Shown one piece after another: positions 11,517-22,750 of a stretch of 64,000 nucleotides of DNA; the first letter of the stretch is position 1, and every line of letters starts with the position of its first letter. Where the stretch lies: NCBI GenBank assembly GCA_010909165.1, contig MU008160.1:1302001-1366000 (forward strand). The letters run 5' to 3'. The stretch is from Anthoceros angustus (lineage: Eukaryota > Plantae > Anthocerotophyta). The position numbers and the translations under genes were made by a program. The notes beneath the pieces are model-generated. The model had not been told where the DNA came from and made no database searches. It saw only the letters and a list, made by a program, of their open reading frames with translations.

Positions 11517-12782
11517 ATGGCTAGCGGCCAAGTGAACGTTGCTAGAACTGCTCGCCAGGTTGTTCCCGAAGTCAGGATCCCCAAGCGATGGGTGGATGAG
11601 TGGTTGGAATTCTTCATCCGAAAGGACTATTTTCTTACTATCACATCCTCACATGCTAGCACACAGGAGGGCAGCACAGACACCAGTAGTACTACTCCAC
11701 AGTTACCTTGGCGATTCGTCAAACTCGATGATTTCCAGAAGTCATATTTCTTTACGGTGGAGGACGTAGTGGACGCTATCATGAAGCTCAAGAGAGAGAG
11801 AGGTTCGCCAGCCCCACCAACAATGGAGGATTTGCAAAGGGCGGTGAGACATTTCGAGGCGAACAAGACGCGGATGCTGGAGCGAAATTTGGAGGCGAAC
11901 GCGACGCGGAAGCAGGTGACGAATGCGCGGAATTCCAAGAGAGTGCGAATTAGTAATGAGGGCTGCAGCGCTGAGGGCCACGAAGGGGCTGATCACCAGG
12001 AAGAGGCTGATGACCAAGACGTCGCGGATGCCAGGGAGAACTATCACGGACTGCAATGGCATGTTGGGAACCAGAAACACGAAGTGCAGATCTCGGCGCC
12101 TTGGGACTGGTGCACTCCTACAACGACGTCCAGGCCTTGGCAGAAGTATCTTGGGAGTTTTACAACTCCAACAATGGCAGCGGTGTTCTGGGACCTGGTG
12201 CATCTCAAGCTTTACATATCTGGGTTCAGGTTGCCCGAACGAGCTCGAGTGCAGCTGAATTTTACAGAGCCTCACATGCTACAGGAGTATTTGGAGCGCC
12301 TGCAACGGCCAGAATGGGTGGCTCTTACGGAGTGGCGAGAAGTTATCCAGTACGTGAAGAGGGAAGCGCAACCTGGACGCAGCATCGTACCCCGTCATCT
12401 ATGCGGGGACCTGCCACACGGTGTGTACATCAGAGGAAGGTGCAGAACCACAGCTGAACTACCCGATCCACAGTCCCCATCCACTAAGTATGAGGCTCAT
12501 GTGTTCGACATCAATTCGGGCGACTCAGGCAGATACCAAGCGATTCCGAACAGGGAAATGCCATCGACGACTATGCCGAAGATCCGGAGGTTCAAATGGG
12601 ATACAGCAGAGGAAGCTGGAAGAGTTTACGATCGGGAAGTAATCAGGATGGGACTCTATTACGACAAGGAGCTGAACCATCCGTTGACAGACTACTTGCC
12701 GGAGCTTCAGGCGTCACTAACATTTCAGCGGGAGCTAACCGTTTTGTATGGATATTTGACGTACCAGGCCGAGGCATTGTGA
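11517..12782 (+). CDS. Intronless, divergent double-AP2-domain-like protein, copy 2 (421 aa)
   Basis: Paralog of 844-2268 with a near-identical C-terminal block (HMLQEYLERLQRPEWVALT.WREV.QYVKREAQPGRSIVPRHLCGDLPHGVY). The 5' and 3' flanks are homologous too. Confidence 0.65.
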   Translation: MASGQVNVARTARQVVPEVRIPKRWVDEWLEFFIRKDYFLTITSSHASTQEGSTDTSSTTPQLPWRFVKLDDFQKSYFFTVEDVVDAIMKLKRERGSPAPPTMEDLQRAVRHFEANKTRMLERNLEANATRKQVTNARNSKRVRISNEGCSAEGHEGADHQEEADDQDVADARENYHGLQWHVGNQKHEVQISAPWDWCTPTTTSRPWQKYLGSFTTPTMAAVFWDLVHLKLYISGFRLPERARVQLNFTEPHMLQEYLERLQRPEWVALTEWREVIQYVKREAQPGRSIVPRHLCGDLPHGVYIRGRCRTTAELPDPQSPSTKYEAHVFDINSGDSGRYQAIPNREMPSTTMPKIRRFKWDTAEEAGRVYDREVIRMGLYYDKELNHPLTDYLPELQASLTFQRELTVLYGYLTYQAEAL

Positions 12783-12999
12783 GATGAAGAGGGCCTCGTG
12801 AGATTGATGAAGATCCTCATGTGTATGTTTCGGTTCTCAAACTCCCGGTCGCAGAGCTTAGGTTGAGGCTCAGGAGTCAGGTGATCGGGTGGTTCTAATT
12901 TTGAATTCAAGTGATTTTATTGTAAACACTTATCGCAGCCAAGTAGTTATAAGCAGTAAGATCGCTCTCCGGAGTTGAAGTGCCCGTGCTTACTGTGTC

Positions 13000-13640
13000 C
13001 ACTTGTATCATTAAGCTCCCGCATTGGTGCCTTGATGTCTCCTGCAACGTTCAACCGTCATGCCATTGCACTCCGTAATATCTTTCCCATACATCCGCAA
13101 CTCTGTCATCAGCCTTCCTGGCCATCAGCCCCTTCCTGGCCCGCGGAGCTGCAGTCCTGATTTCAAGTTCGCACTCTTTTTTTCCGCGACTTCTTGTCCG
13201 CCTCAGTCGAGCTCGCCCTCCAAAATTACTCCATGGTGGGTGGGCCTGGCGGACTGGTCTGCTTCTCTGGATCCTCATGTTCAGCAACTCGATTTCCTCC
13301 ACCAACGACAAATAGGAAGTCCGTTCCAAAGGTCGATCGGCTTTCAAGAACCGCCAAGCTAACGGTGGAGTACTCCTGGTGTCTGTGCTGCCCTCCTGTG
13401 TCCTTGCATACTCTTGAGGTACTTGAAGATGATAGTCGTTCCGGATGAGCAGCTCCATCCACTCGTCCACCCATAGCCAGGGGACTTGGGGAAAAACCTC
13501 AGCATCGACCGTTAGACGACCTGTAGAATACTGGAAGCAAGGGACGTTGCATAATCTAAGCCTCGAGATATCCTGGAAGAGGGGCCTAGGGCTGGGCTCT
13601 CATCGTTGCTGCTGGCCCGTGAGCGGGCTAGGGTTGTGAT
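13000..13640 (-). pseudogene. Inverted N-terminal half plus upstream region of the AP2-like family
   Basis: WVDEWMELLIRNDYHLQVP...GSTDT...YYGVQWH, then homology stops; frameshifted. Confidence 0.75.
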
Positions 13641-14199
13641 GAACATATGGGGTCGGTATGGCAGGGTAAGATGTCGGTTGCCGGCCTGACCCCTGACATC
13701 GCCGTGTCCGTCGTGAGAAGTTGTTTACAAGTTGCTCGTTCAAGGTCCGGCGGCCGTAGGGGCGTCAGTGAGAGTGACAGTACAGCAGAGGCCCTCTTCA
13801 GTCCTATTGCAATCAAGCCATGACCATCTTGCTCATAATTTTTTGGAACACTCTCTCGCATGAGGGTGTGGGTGTGAGTAAGCGTGGCCTTGCTGGTAAG
13901 CGTGGCCAGCTGTTTGCAGCTCCTTGCCTGGAAGAGCACCACCGCAAAGTCAGGGATTGATGGCAGAGGAGCTTGAAAGGGTTGAAGACATTGAGAGGTA
14001 GACCACCTGGAACGCGCCTGACAGTCTCTTGTTGGATACATCGAAAGTGCAGGTCAAGTTTGGCACCCACAAGCGAAGGACAGCTGGTATCTTATACAAC
14101 GAAGCACAACCATACCGTTCATCGTTTTGCATTGCCCTGGAGAGACGAATGCCTACCTGCCCTGCCAGCCGATGTATTGTGGGAATACCCTAAGTGCTA

Positions 14200-14897
14200 T
14201 CATGGCAAAATGTTCCACCTAATCAAAAATATCCTTTTACCAAGTCCATCGAATGTTTACACACCGAGCACACATTCATGTGATCCTGGAACAATTTCAA
14301 AGCAGCTGTATGTTGGTAGTTTTGATACGCCATTCATGGCAGCCATCTTTTGGGACCTACTTCAGATCAAGCTCTTCACATCTCTGGATTCAGGTTGCCC
14401 GCACGAACTCAAGTGAAGCTGAATTTTACACAGCCTCACATGTTGCAGGAGTATTTGCTGCGCCTGCAACGCCCAGAGTGGGTGGCTCTCACGGATTGTG
14501 AAGAGGGAAGTGCGACCTAGACGCTGCATCGTACCCCGTCATTTATGCAGAGACCTGCCACACGCTGTGTACATCAGAGGAAGGTGCACAACCAGGGCCG
14601 ATACACCCGAGCGAGAGTCCCGACGCATCAAGTATGAGGCTCGTGTTCGATATCCATTCGGGCAGATTAGGCAGATACCAATTGATTCCGAACAGGAAAA
14701 TGCCCTTCACGACTAGGCCGAAGATCAGGAGGTTCCAATGGGATATAGCAAAGGAAGCTGGAAGAGCTTACGATCGGGAAGTAGTCAGGTTGGGACTTTA
14801 TGACACCAAGGAGCTGAACCATCCGTTGACAGACTACTTGCCTGAGCTTCAGGCGTCACGAAGATTTCTGCGACCGCTGGACATTCTATATGCGTAG
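14200..14897 (+). pseudogene. C-terminal half of the AP2-like family, frameshifted
   Basis: YVGSFDTPFMAAIFWDLLQIKL, PRHLCRDLPHAVYIRGRC and AGRAYDREVVRLGLYDTKELNHP are spread across several frames. Confidence 0.8.
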
Positions 14898-16117
14898 GCC
14901 CACTCATTCGCCATGCGCACATGCGCACATATGAACTCTGCCCTTTCGAGGCTCATTGGCCATGAGCACATATGGGACATTGCCCTCCATGCATAGCATG
15001 CTTGTAGCCTAGTTCCCTGAAGTCCGCTGAAATTCTGGGTGCAACCGCCACGAAGTGAAAGATCAGGATGCCTCAACACTGTTGTGATACTTCTAAGTCT
15101 ACACTTAAGGAGTATACACATGTCTACACATGCATAAACATGCGAGGTTAGTACACTGGCAGCTGGTTCACACATACGTCTTTCATGTCATCACCTGATC
15201 TGGCGCCAAAAACAGCTATGGCAAATGTGGAAGGGTGGAAGACAGGAATGGTCATGCAGATGCACGTCAATAGCATCAACAAGGAGGCGCATGCATCCTA
15301 TGGTCAGCACAACATGAACTAGTCAGTACGATTCGTAACAAGGAAGTCTGCCCAACAGGTTTCTCAAAGCAAAGCAATGACAGCGGTCTATCGTTCTTCA
15401 GTGCTGGACGTTCCTGCACAGAAAGTAATGCTTCAATACAGATGCACGAAGAGAGTGCTGGCTCCAACGCCAGGAGGATGACCTGATGGCTAAGACAGGG
15501 GCATTTGAACACAGGCTCTTGGCCTGTGGCTGTACGACTTGCCGATTTGAGTGTAGAATAGAATACTGTCTTTATAGGATGGCCAAGGCATCCTTACACA
15601 CGTGTACCTAATTGTAACGTGCACTTCTGTGAAAGTCCTCACTTGCCCATAGCAGGCAAAGAGTGTCCTGGATGCCGGAACTCTTATGCTTAGGCATTCA
15701 TGGCTGGCTCGGATTTAAGAACCGCAAAAGAAACCCCTACCCTTAACAATACTCACTCCTCTTAGGATGGAATTATGATTTTAATTTAAACTAATTTGTT
15801 TTTTTCCCCTAACATGTAATATTCCAGTTCAGTCCCATGACGATCGTCCTCCGTGGACTGAGAAACAATCCTTCTTCCTCTTCTGCTGTGCAGTCTAGGA
15901 GTCTAGGAGACACACAACGCAAGGTAGAATAGGCAGACTCTAACATGGCATCGCACACCAGTGTTGTTGGACGAAGGAGAAGCTGTTTGCATACGCAAGC
16001 AGTGGCAGAGTGCGCACAAGGTGTGACTCGATGCTGCGCGAGGCCATATAGCTGTGCCACTCGTTACTTGTGCATGTTCTCGTTGGATACCAAAGCTTTG
16101 CAGTGTCGTTGAAGTGG

Positions 16118-16129
16118 TTTAGGGTTTAG
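16118..16129. promoter_or_regulatory. Telo-box-like motif upstream of the oxidoreductase
   Basis: tttagggtttag lies ~140 bp before the ATG. Confidence 0.35.
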
Positions 16130-16264
16130 AGGAGGAAAGTCCGCAGGACGGAGCGATTGTGCGATGATGCAGCACCGATTGTGAGGATGGAGGAAGAATT
16201 GATGGATTGAGGTTTGCAATTGGGATCTGGAGCAGGCGGCTGAGAAGCGGGCAAGGCGTGCACG

Positions 16265-17457
16265 ATGTGGAGGCAGGGCGTGAAATTGGCAGAGAGGGGG
16301 TGGATCCGGAGGTGCAGAGGAGTGTCCACCTGCCGCGCAGTTGTGCTTCCGAGCTATGGCGGGCCGGAGGTGCTGGAGCTGCAGCACCAGGCCCCGCTGC
16401 GGGATCTGATGCCGGGGGAGGTCCTGGTGCGGGTGCACGCAGCGGCTGTGAATCCGCTGGACCTCCGGATGCGGGAAGGCTATGGCAGGTCTATCTTCGA
16501 GCCGCTCCTGCCGCTGGTGCTCGGGCGGGATGTGAGCGGCGAGGTGGCCGCCACAGGCAGCGGCGTGCGGGAGCTGCGAGTCGGAGACCAGGTGTTCGGC
16601 GCTCTGCATCCCACTGCCGAGCGCGGCACCTACACAGACTACGCCATCCTGCACGAGGAGGAGCTGGTGCTGAAGCCCGCAGGGTTGCCGCATCCGGAGG
16701 CCGCCGCTATCCCGTTCGCCGCTCTCACGGCCTGGCGCGCTCTCCACGGCACGGCCGGGATCGGGCAGGGCCAGCGCGTGCTGGTGCTAGGAGCAGGCGG
16801 CGCCGTGGGGCTTGCGGCTGTGCAGATTGCCGCTGCCGCAGGATGCACTGTGGCGGCCACTTGCGGGCGCAGCAGCATAGCGCGTGTCTTGGATGCTGGA
16901 GCCAGCCAGGCGGTGGATTACGCCGCTCCCGACTTCCGCCAGCAGCTAGCGGCTCCTCCTCTTCCTCCTCCTCCTCCTCCTCCTCCTCCACCTCCTCCAC
17001 CTCCTCCACCTCCTCCTCCTCCTCCTCCTCCGCCTCTTCTTCGCTCCCGCAGAGATTTAACGCAGTTTTGGACACGGTCGGGCGACCCGAGACGGAGGAA
17101 GCAGGCATCCATCTTCTTAGCAAGGGCGGAAGCTACATGACGCTGCAAGGGGAGCTGGTGTCCCTGGTGGACCAGTACGGGCTGGTTGGAGGGGGCGCCG
17201 CGGCCACAGCCAAGCTGCTGCAGAAGCAGATGCAGTACCGGCAGTCCCACCGCGTGGATTATTACTGGACTGTGATGCGCACTGACGGGGAAGCTTTGGA
17301 CGAAATTGCCAGGCTTGCAGAGGCGGGCAAGCTCAAGATTCCCGTTGCCAAAACCATGCCCTTGGAAGATGCTGCCGAGGCGCATCGGCTTCTGCAAGAG
17401 AAGCGAGTGCAAGGCAAGGTGGTGCTGGATGCATCTCGGGGTGCAGGAGAACATTGA
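16265..17457 (+). CDS. Zinc-binding (MDR) NADPH:quinone oxidoreductase, RTN4IP1-like; frame change inside a (CCT)n tract
   Basis: EVLVRVHAAAVNPLD, LPLVLGRDVSGEV, AAAIPFAALTAW and VLVLGAGGAVG are in one frame. FNAVLDTVG and GKLKIPV...AEAHR...GKVVL are in another. Confidence 0.9.
16953..17041. repeat. (CCT)n microsatellite inside the CDS
   Basis: ~29 CCT/CCA/CTT triplets. Confidence 0.98.
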
Positions 17458-17713
17458 ACAGTGCTGTACACAAATTCGGTAAAAAGGTAAAAACACTCTT
17501 ATTAGAAGAGACAAGAGACTTAATCTCCGAATTTCCTAAAACTTGAATCTAGACTTGTCCCTTTCTCTGCAGTATCCTGTGTTGTGGTCACAAATACCAC
17601 GGTACAAGAGCATAGTATACATAGCCATCTTCAGGTTGCTTCAGGGGAAGCCGTTGGTTGTGACACTCCTTTGCCGGGTAGCTCTCACCCTGACATCTCA
17701 CCTCGTGTGTCCA

Positions 17714-19276
17714 TTACAACCCTAGCTCTTTCTTCAATTTGGCCATCATGTCCTCAATGTCCGAAAGCTCATCTTCCACTTTGCTCTTTGCTTGCTCCTC
17801 AGCTTGTTTGGCACTCTGTGTCCAGTCGTTCGGGTCGAAGTCATAAGGCTTTGTGGGCCTGAAAGGTTCTTTGTAGTTCCCGTTGGCATCGATGATTTCG
17901 AGCTCTTTCTCGAGAAATTCAACGAATTCCTCCCCTATGTCCTGCACGCATGATTTGCCATGAGGCCATGTAGTCCAAGCATCGAAAAAAGCGGGTTAGA
18001 GCCACGCTCACCGCTAATTCCTCCCATAAACTCTTAGGCCTCCCCTGTGAACTCTTCTTTTGATAGTCAGACTGCAAGTCTCTGAAGAAGTCATCTGCAA
18101 GGGCCAACACCAATCACCGGTAACCATGAGAGAACCGTAAAAGCTGGACTCCCCTGCAGACAGTACCATTGCCTACAAGGTTTACGATACTACCGAGAGA
18201 CGTTTGCAGATCACTGAAAAACTCTCCTGCGTCAACCCAAATCAGCAGGAAATACTCAATTTTGCTCCCCAGCATTCAACTCTCAAATGGAAGGAGGCAG
18301 TTTGAGCTAAAGAAAGAACATGCAAGGGCTCCAACATTCCAAGCCAAAAAACGATCGGTGAAGCTACAACTCCTGGCACTGTACGATACCATTCTCGAAC
18401 AAACATACCCAGCCCATAAAATTCCTCCTCTTGAGGAGGCTTGCGTTGCGATTGGCTGTCCCGCCCCCAGCTGAAGGGTTCCCATGTGGAAGAAGGTTGC
18501 CTGCTTGCATCATACTTCGCACGACTTTGGGTATCCACCAAAGTCTGGTAAGCTTTCTTTATCTCCAGAAACTTCTCCTGAGCATTAGGCTGCAATTGCC
18601 TCACATCGTGGTGTGACTTACTCCCAGCTCAGGAACACAACAGAGATTAGCACAACCGGTTGAGGCACATACAGCCTTATTGACGTCTGGATGGAACTTG
18701 AGGGCCAGTCTCCTGTAAGCCTGCTTGATCTCCTTTTCAGTTGCGGTTGCCGACACACCTAACGTGTCATACAAAGACTCCTTGGCTGCAGCTCTGGTCA
18801 CAAGCCTTCTGAGCGTCCTCTCGGTTGAGCAAAAGGAATCAGGATTCCGAAGCTTGAATGTGCGCCACTACATCACAGACAACCACTACATAAAAAACCA
18901 AGATAATTCAGTACAGGAGATCTCAGTTGACAGGAACCCTCACAATTCACAAGTCCTCATTCGGACATGCCGGAACACAGAGCGACAAGCAAGAAGGACG
19001 CAGACTGACACCTAATCCAAGCAAAAACACAGCTGCTCAGCCGAATTGCAAAAGACACAGCACACTCGGGGCAGGAAACCAGTTCCTCACATCAGCGCTC
19101 ACATTAGGGAGGCTCCCGCTCTGCAGCCGGGATGGAAACGCGTCGTCTCCAAAGCCGCCCAATCTGGCGGCAGCTTCGCGGCAAGTGCAGGGAGCGGAAG
19201 CGGAGAAGTTGCGCGCAGCGGAAGGCGGGAACGCCATGGCCATCGCGGCGAAGCCAGCCGCGGACGCCATCGCCAT
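17714..19276 (-). CDS. Chloroplast J-domain (DnaJ type C) protein, similar to Arabidopsis DJC73; multi-exon
   Basis: LYDTLGVS...[15 protein letters not shown]; [15 protein letters not shown]; EEFYGL/DFFRDLQ; [22 protein letters not shown]; ends LKKELGL. The start is inferred from an Ala/Ser-rich transit peptide. Confidence 0.85.
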
Positions 19277-19463
19277 CTCCCAGCCAGGGCCTGGCTTCTT
19301 GCGCCGACTCAAGGCCCAAGCCACCCACAGGCCTACACCTGCCACAGCCTGCAGCGTCTCGCCGGCTGGCATTTGGGGAATTATAAGGCGGGCGGAGGAC
19401 ATAGCAGGTAATGCAGATATGCGGCGAAGATATTTGGCGACGGTGGCGGGCAGGTAAGCGAGG

Positions 19464-22336
19464 ATGGCGAGCTCCTGCGTCGCCCGCCCGTCCTTGCCAT
19501 CGCTGCAGCCAAACCTCAACGCTCCGAGGTGCAGCGGGCTGGCCTTGGACCGGTCGGGGCTCGCGGTCCTGGGATCCAGCAGATCAGCGTCGCCATGTCT
19601 CCCCCGCTGCGCCTGGCTCTCCGCCCGGTCCTGGACTGGCCCGCTGGCGATGGCGGAGGCTGGCCCCGGAGCGAGCTCGAATTCTCGGGGAGAGGAGCAG
19701 GAGGTCTTGCTGTGGCTGGCGGAGGATGCCGACAAGCGAGTGGAGCGGTCTGATGATCAGGAGAAAGCCAGCTCCAGCTCCGAGGATGGAGAAGGAAAGG
19801 ATAGGAAACGGTGGAGCGGGCTGAATGTGGTTCCCAACAAGGCAGAGAGAGCTCCGCGGAAGCTGGATGTGCAGGATGTGGCCAAATGGCGTTGGACGCG
19901 GTACGATGCGGTGCCGTCCAAGTCCGTGGCCGTCACTCCTGAGGAGAGCATTCAGTTTCTGAAGGAGATACAAGGGGACGATGCGGAGAGCAAGTCTGAA
20001 GCGACTGCAGCTCCCCTGGATGGAGGGAATCCTCAGGGATTTTTGTATGTGGATGATGACGATTTTGAGGAGGAGGTTGTCATGGCTCCGGTTTTCAGAG
20101 ATTCTGGTGAGCAGGCGGAAACGTCGCCGGTGGAGTACGAGTCGCTGCCAATCAATCTGGATTTGAAGTTGTATGAGGCCAAATGTTTTAGGAGGAGGGA
20201 AATGTATGCGGAAGCGGAGGCAGTTCTTCGGAAGGTAAGCACCTGAGCGTGGCAGCTCTGTTTTTCTGCCTCGTTTCTTCTGGATGAAGTGCGGCATTGG
20301 AAATCTGCTCTATGTCTCTTGACAGGGTGTCGTGCTTCTAGCTGCCAGTGTATTAAAGAGTGGCCAGGCGATGGTCGCGCGTATGTGTCGTTAGGAAAAA
20401 CGCTGGTTCTACAGCGGAAGCTGCTGGAGGCTAGGGCGGTCTACGAGAGCGGTTGTCAGGCCGTGGCTGGTGAAAATCCCTACATTTGGCAGGTGAGGGG
20501 TGAGATTGTTGTAGCAGTCTGCGTTTGTTTCTGGATATCAGTTAGTGTAGCAACTGGATTTTCTCAAATGAGTTTGGGGTGTGCTGTTTTTTTTAGGCCT
20601 GGGCTTGTCTGGAAGACAAGCTGGGACAGACCTCAAAAGCCAGACAGCTTTTTGATGCTGCAACCGTGGCAGACAAGAAGCATGCGGCTGCCTGGCATGG
20701 CTGGGCTTTGTTGGAGCTTCGTGAAGGGAACACAAACAGGGCAGTAGCTTTGCTGAACAGGGGGTTAAGACTTTGCCAGCCTAACGAGTACATCCACCAA
20801 ACTCTTGCCCTGCTTGATCTTCGCGCCAAGAATCCTGACAGTGCGAGGGCCAATTTTAGAAAAGCCACACAAGTGAATTCGAAGAGTGCAGCCAGCTGGG
20901 TGGTAAGGATTTCTGTATCACTTTCAGAGTGGGTGCAATGAGCGCCATGGTAGATCGCTTTTCAGTATCGAAACTTCTGAGATGTTTTTCTGTGTGACAG
21001 GCTTGGGCCACAATGGAGGCAGACCTTGGTAGGCCTAGTTCTGCTCGTCGTTTATTTCAGGTGCCTAGCCCTGCCTGCTTTTATCAGTCTTGTGATGGCT
21101 CCGCTGCTCGATTGAAGGTGCTCTTTGCAACGTGCCTCCAGGCTTGAGTCTCACTTTAGCAGCTGACGACTTCTTTGTGCACGTGGAACAGAAAGGTTTG
21201 GAGGCGAGCCCCAAGAACCGTTACGTATGGCAGACCTGGGCCATCTTTGAAGCTGAACAGGGCAATAGAGATCGAGCTCGAGAGCTATTTAGGCGAGGCA
21301 CTGAGCTGAATCCAAAAGATCACGTTCTACTGCAAGCGTGGGCTCTCTTTGAGTACAAGTGCTGTTCCAACCCTAGTATTTCTGCCGACCTGTTCCAGCA
21401 GGCCGTTTTCCTGGATTCCAGACATCAACCTATTTGGGTGGTGAGTACAGCCAGCTCCCATGCAGTCTTTGGCTCATGTAACTGCCTGTTTACGTGTGTG
21501 CTCAAGTGTAATTCGGATATCCTTGGATCGTTACAGGCATGGGGTTGGATGGAAGGAAGAGAGGGTAATATTGATGCAGCGAGAGAGCTCTTCAAAAGAG
21601 CAATTTTGATAGATTCAAGGAGCATGGATGCTGTTCGGGCCTACCAGGTAGCTTGAATGGTTGCCTTGTTGTTTGCCGGTTGCAGACAATTCTTTTTCTC
21701 TCCTTTGTCGTAACAAGTTTCTTTCAACTTGCAGGCATGGGGTGTGATGGAGGACAAAGAAGGTAATTATGGTGTGGCACGTGAGTTGTTCAAATGTGCT
21801 TTGAAAGTGGACTCTCAGAATGTTCCAGCGTGGATGTCGTGGGCTGCGATGGAAGAGCGACAAGAAAATTTTGTTCGAGCAGATGAGCTACGGAACCTTT
21901 GCCTGCAACAGGTGTGTATTGTATGACTGGTGACACTGGAAGCAAGGATTCAAGCCAAAGATTGCTTCTGTCACCAGCTGCTCAGTTCTAACCTGGTATT
22001 ACGCCTTGGTTGGTGCAGAGAACAGAAGTGGTGGAGGGCATCTCTTGGAATGTTGACAGCCTTGCGAACTTGTTAGCTCCTGCGCTTGACAAGTTGAAAG
22101 GTCTGCTGAGTTTGGATGTGTTCAGCAAGGGGGATGGAGATGATGGAAACTTGACTTCAACAGAGTCTGTCTCTGGGGATTCTTCGGCAGTAGAGGAATT
22201 CGACATCAATGCTTTCCTCCGGAGGACTTTCCCATGGCGATATGGGCCTCAAGATAAGAAGGACAATTCTAGCTCGTCCCCAACTAGACCTGGTGATCAG
22301 CAGAGACAGAAGCAAGTTGAGCCTCAACCTAGGTGA
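19464..22336 (+). CDS. HCF107: HAT-repeat protein HCF107/Mbb1 (psbH/psbB mRNA maturation factor); multi-exon
   Basis: INLDLKLYEAK, WPGDGRAYVSLGK, GENPYIWQ, DAATVADKKHAAAWHGWALLE and NEYIHQTLALL match HCF107; GT-AG introns. Confidence 0.92.
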
Positions 22337-22750
22337 CTAGCGGTTCTGTCCACCTGATCTAGGACTGCAATTTTGTTATCAGTGAGTTATATGCTGAATG
22401 CATTCAATTCTGTCAACGAGTTCACAAACCAGGCCCGGAGCAATCGGAACCAGTGCATGGTTGAATGTCCACCAAGGGCCACCTTCGAGTTTGTTCCTAG
22501 TAGAGCCGTGACTCATAACTTCCTGTACGCTTCACGACGGAATGCTTGGGGATACTCAGTCTAAAAGCACCTTGTATGCTTCTTTAAACAATCAAAACTA
22601 AAAATATCCTGCGGCTGACTCAGTCCAATTTGAGGCCAGCCAAGGCGACGGACTATCTGAGGGACAGTTGTACCCTAAAGATTTGGTCATACATTTACGT
22701 CTCCAAAGGACAATTACTCTGGGGACGTCAAACTCTGTCCTGTGAACATG

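Noticed and set aside
19037-19735. 232-aa minus-strand ORF as an independent gene
   Set aside because: Only its distal part plausibly encodes the DnaJ transit peptide; the rest is antisense to HCF107 exon 1.
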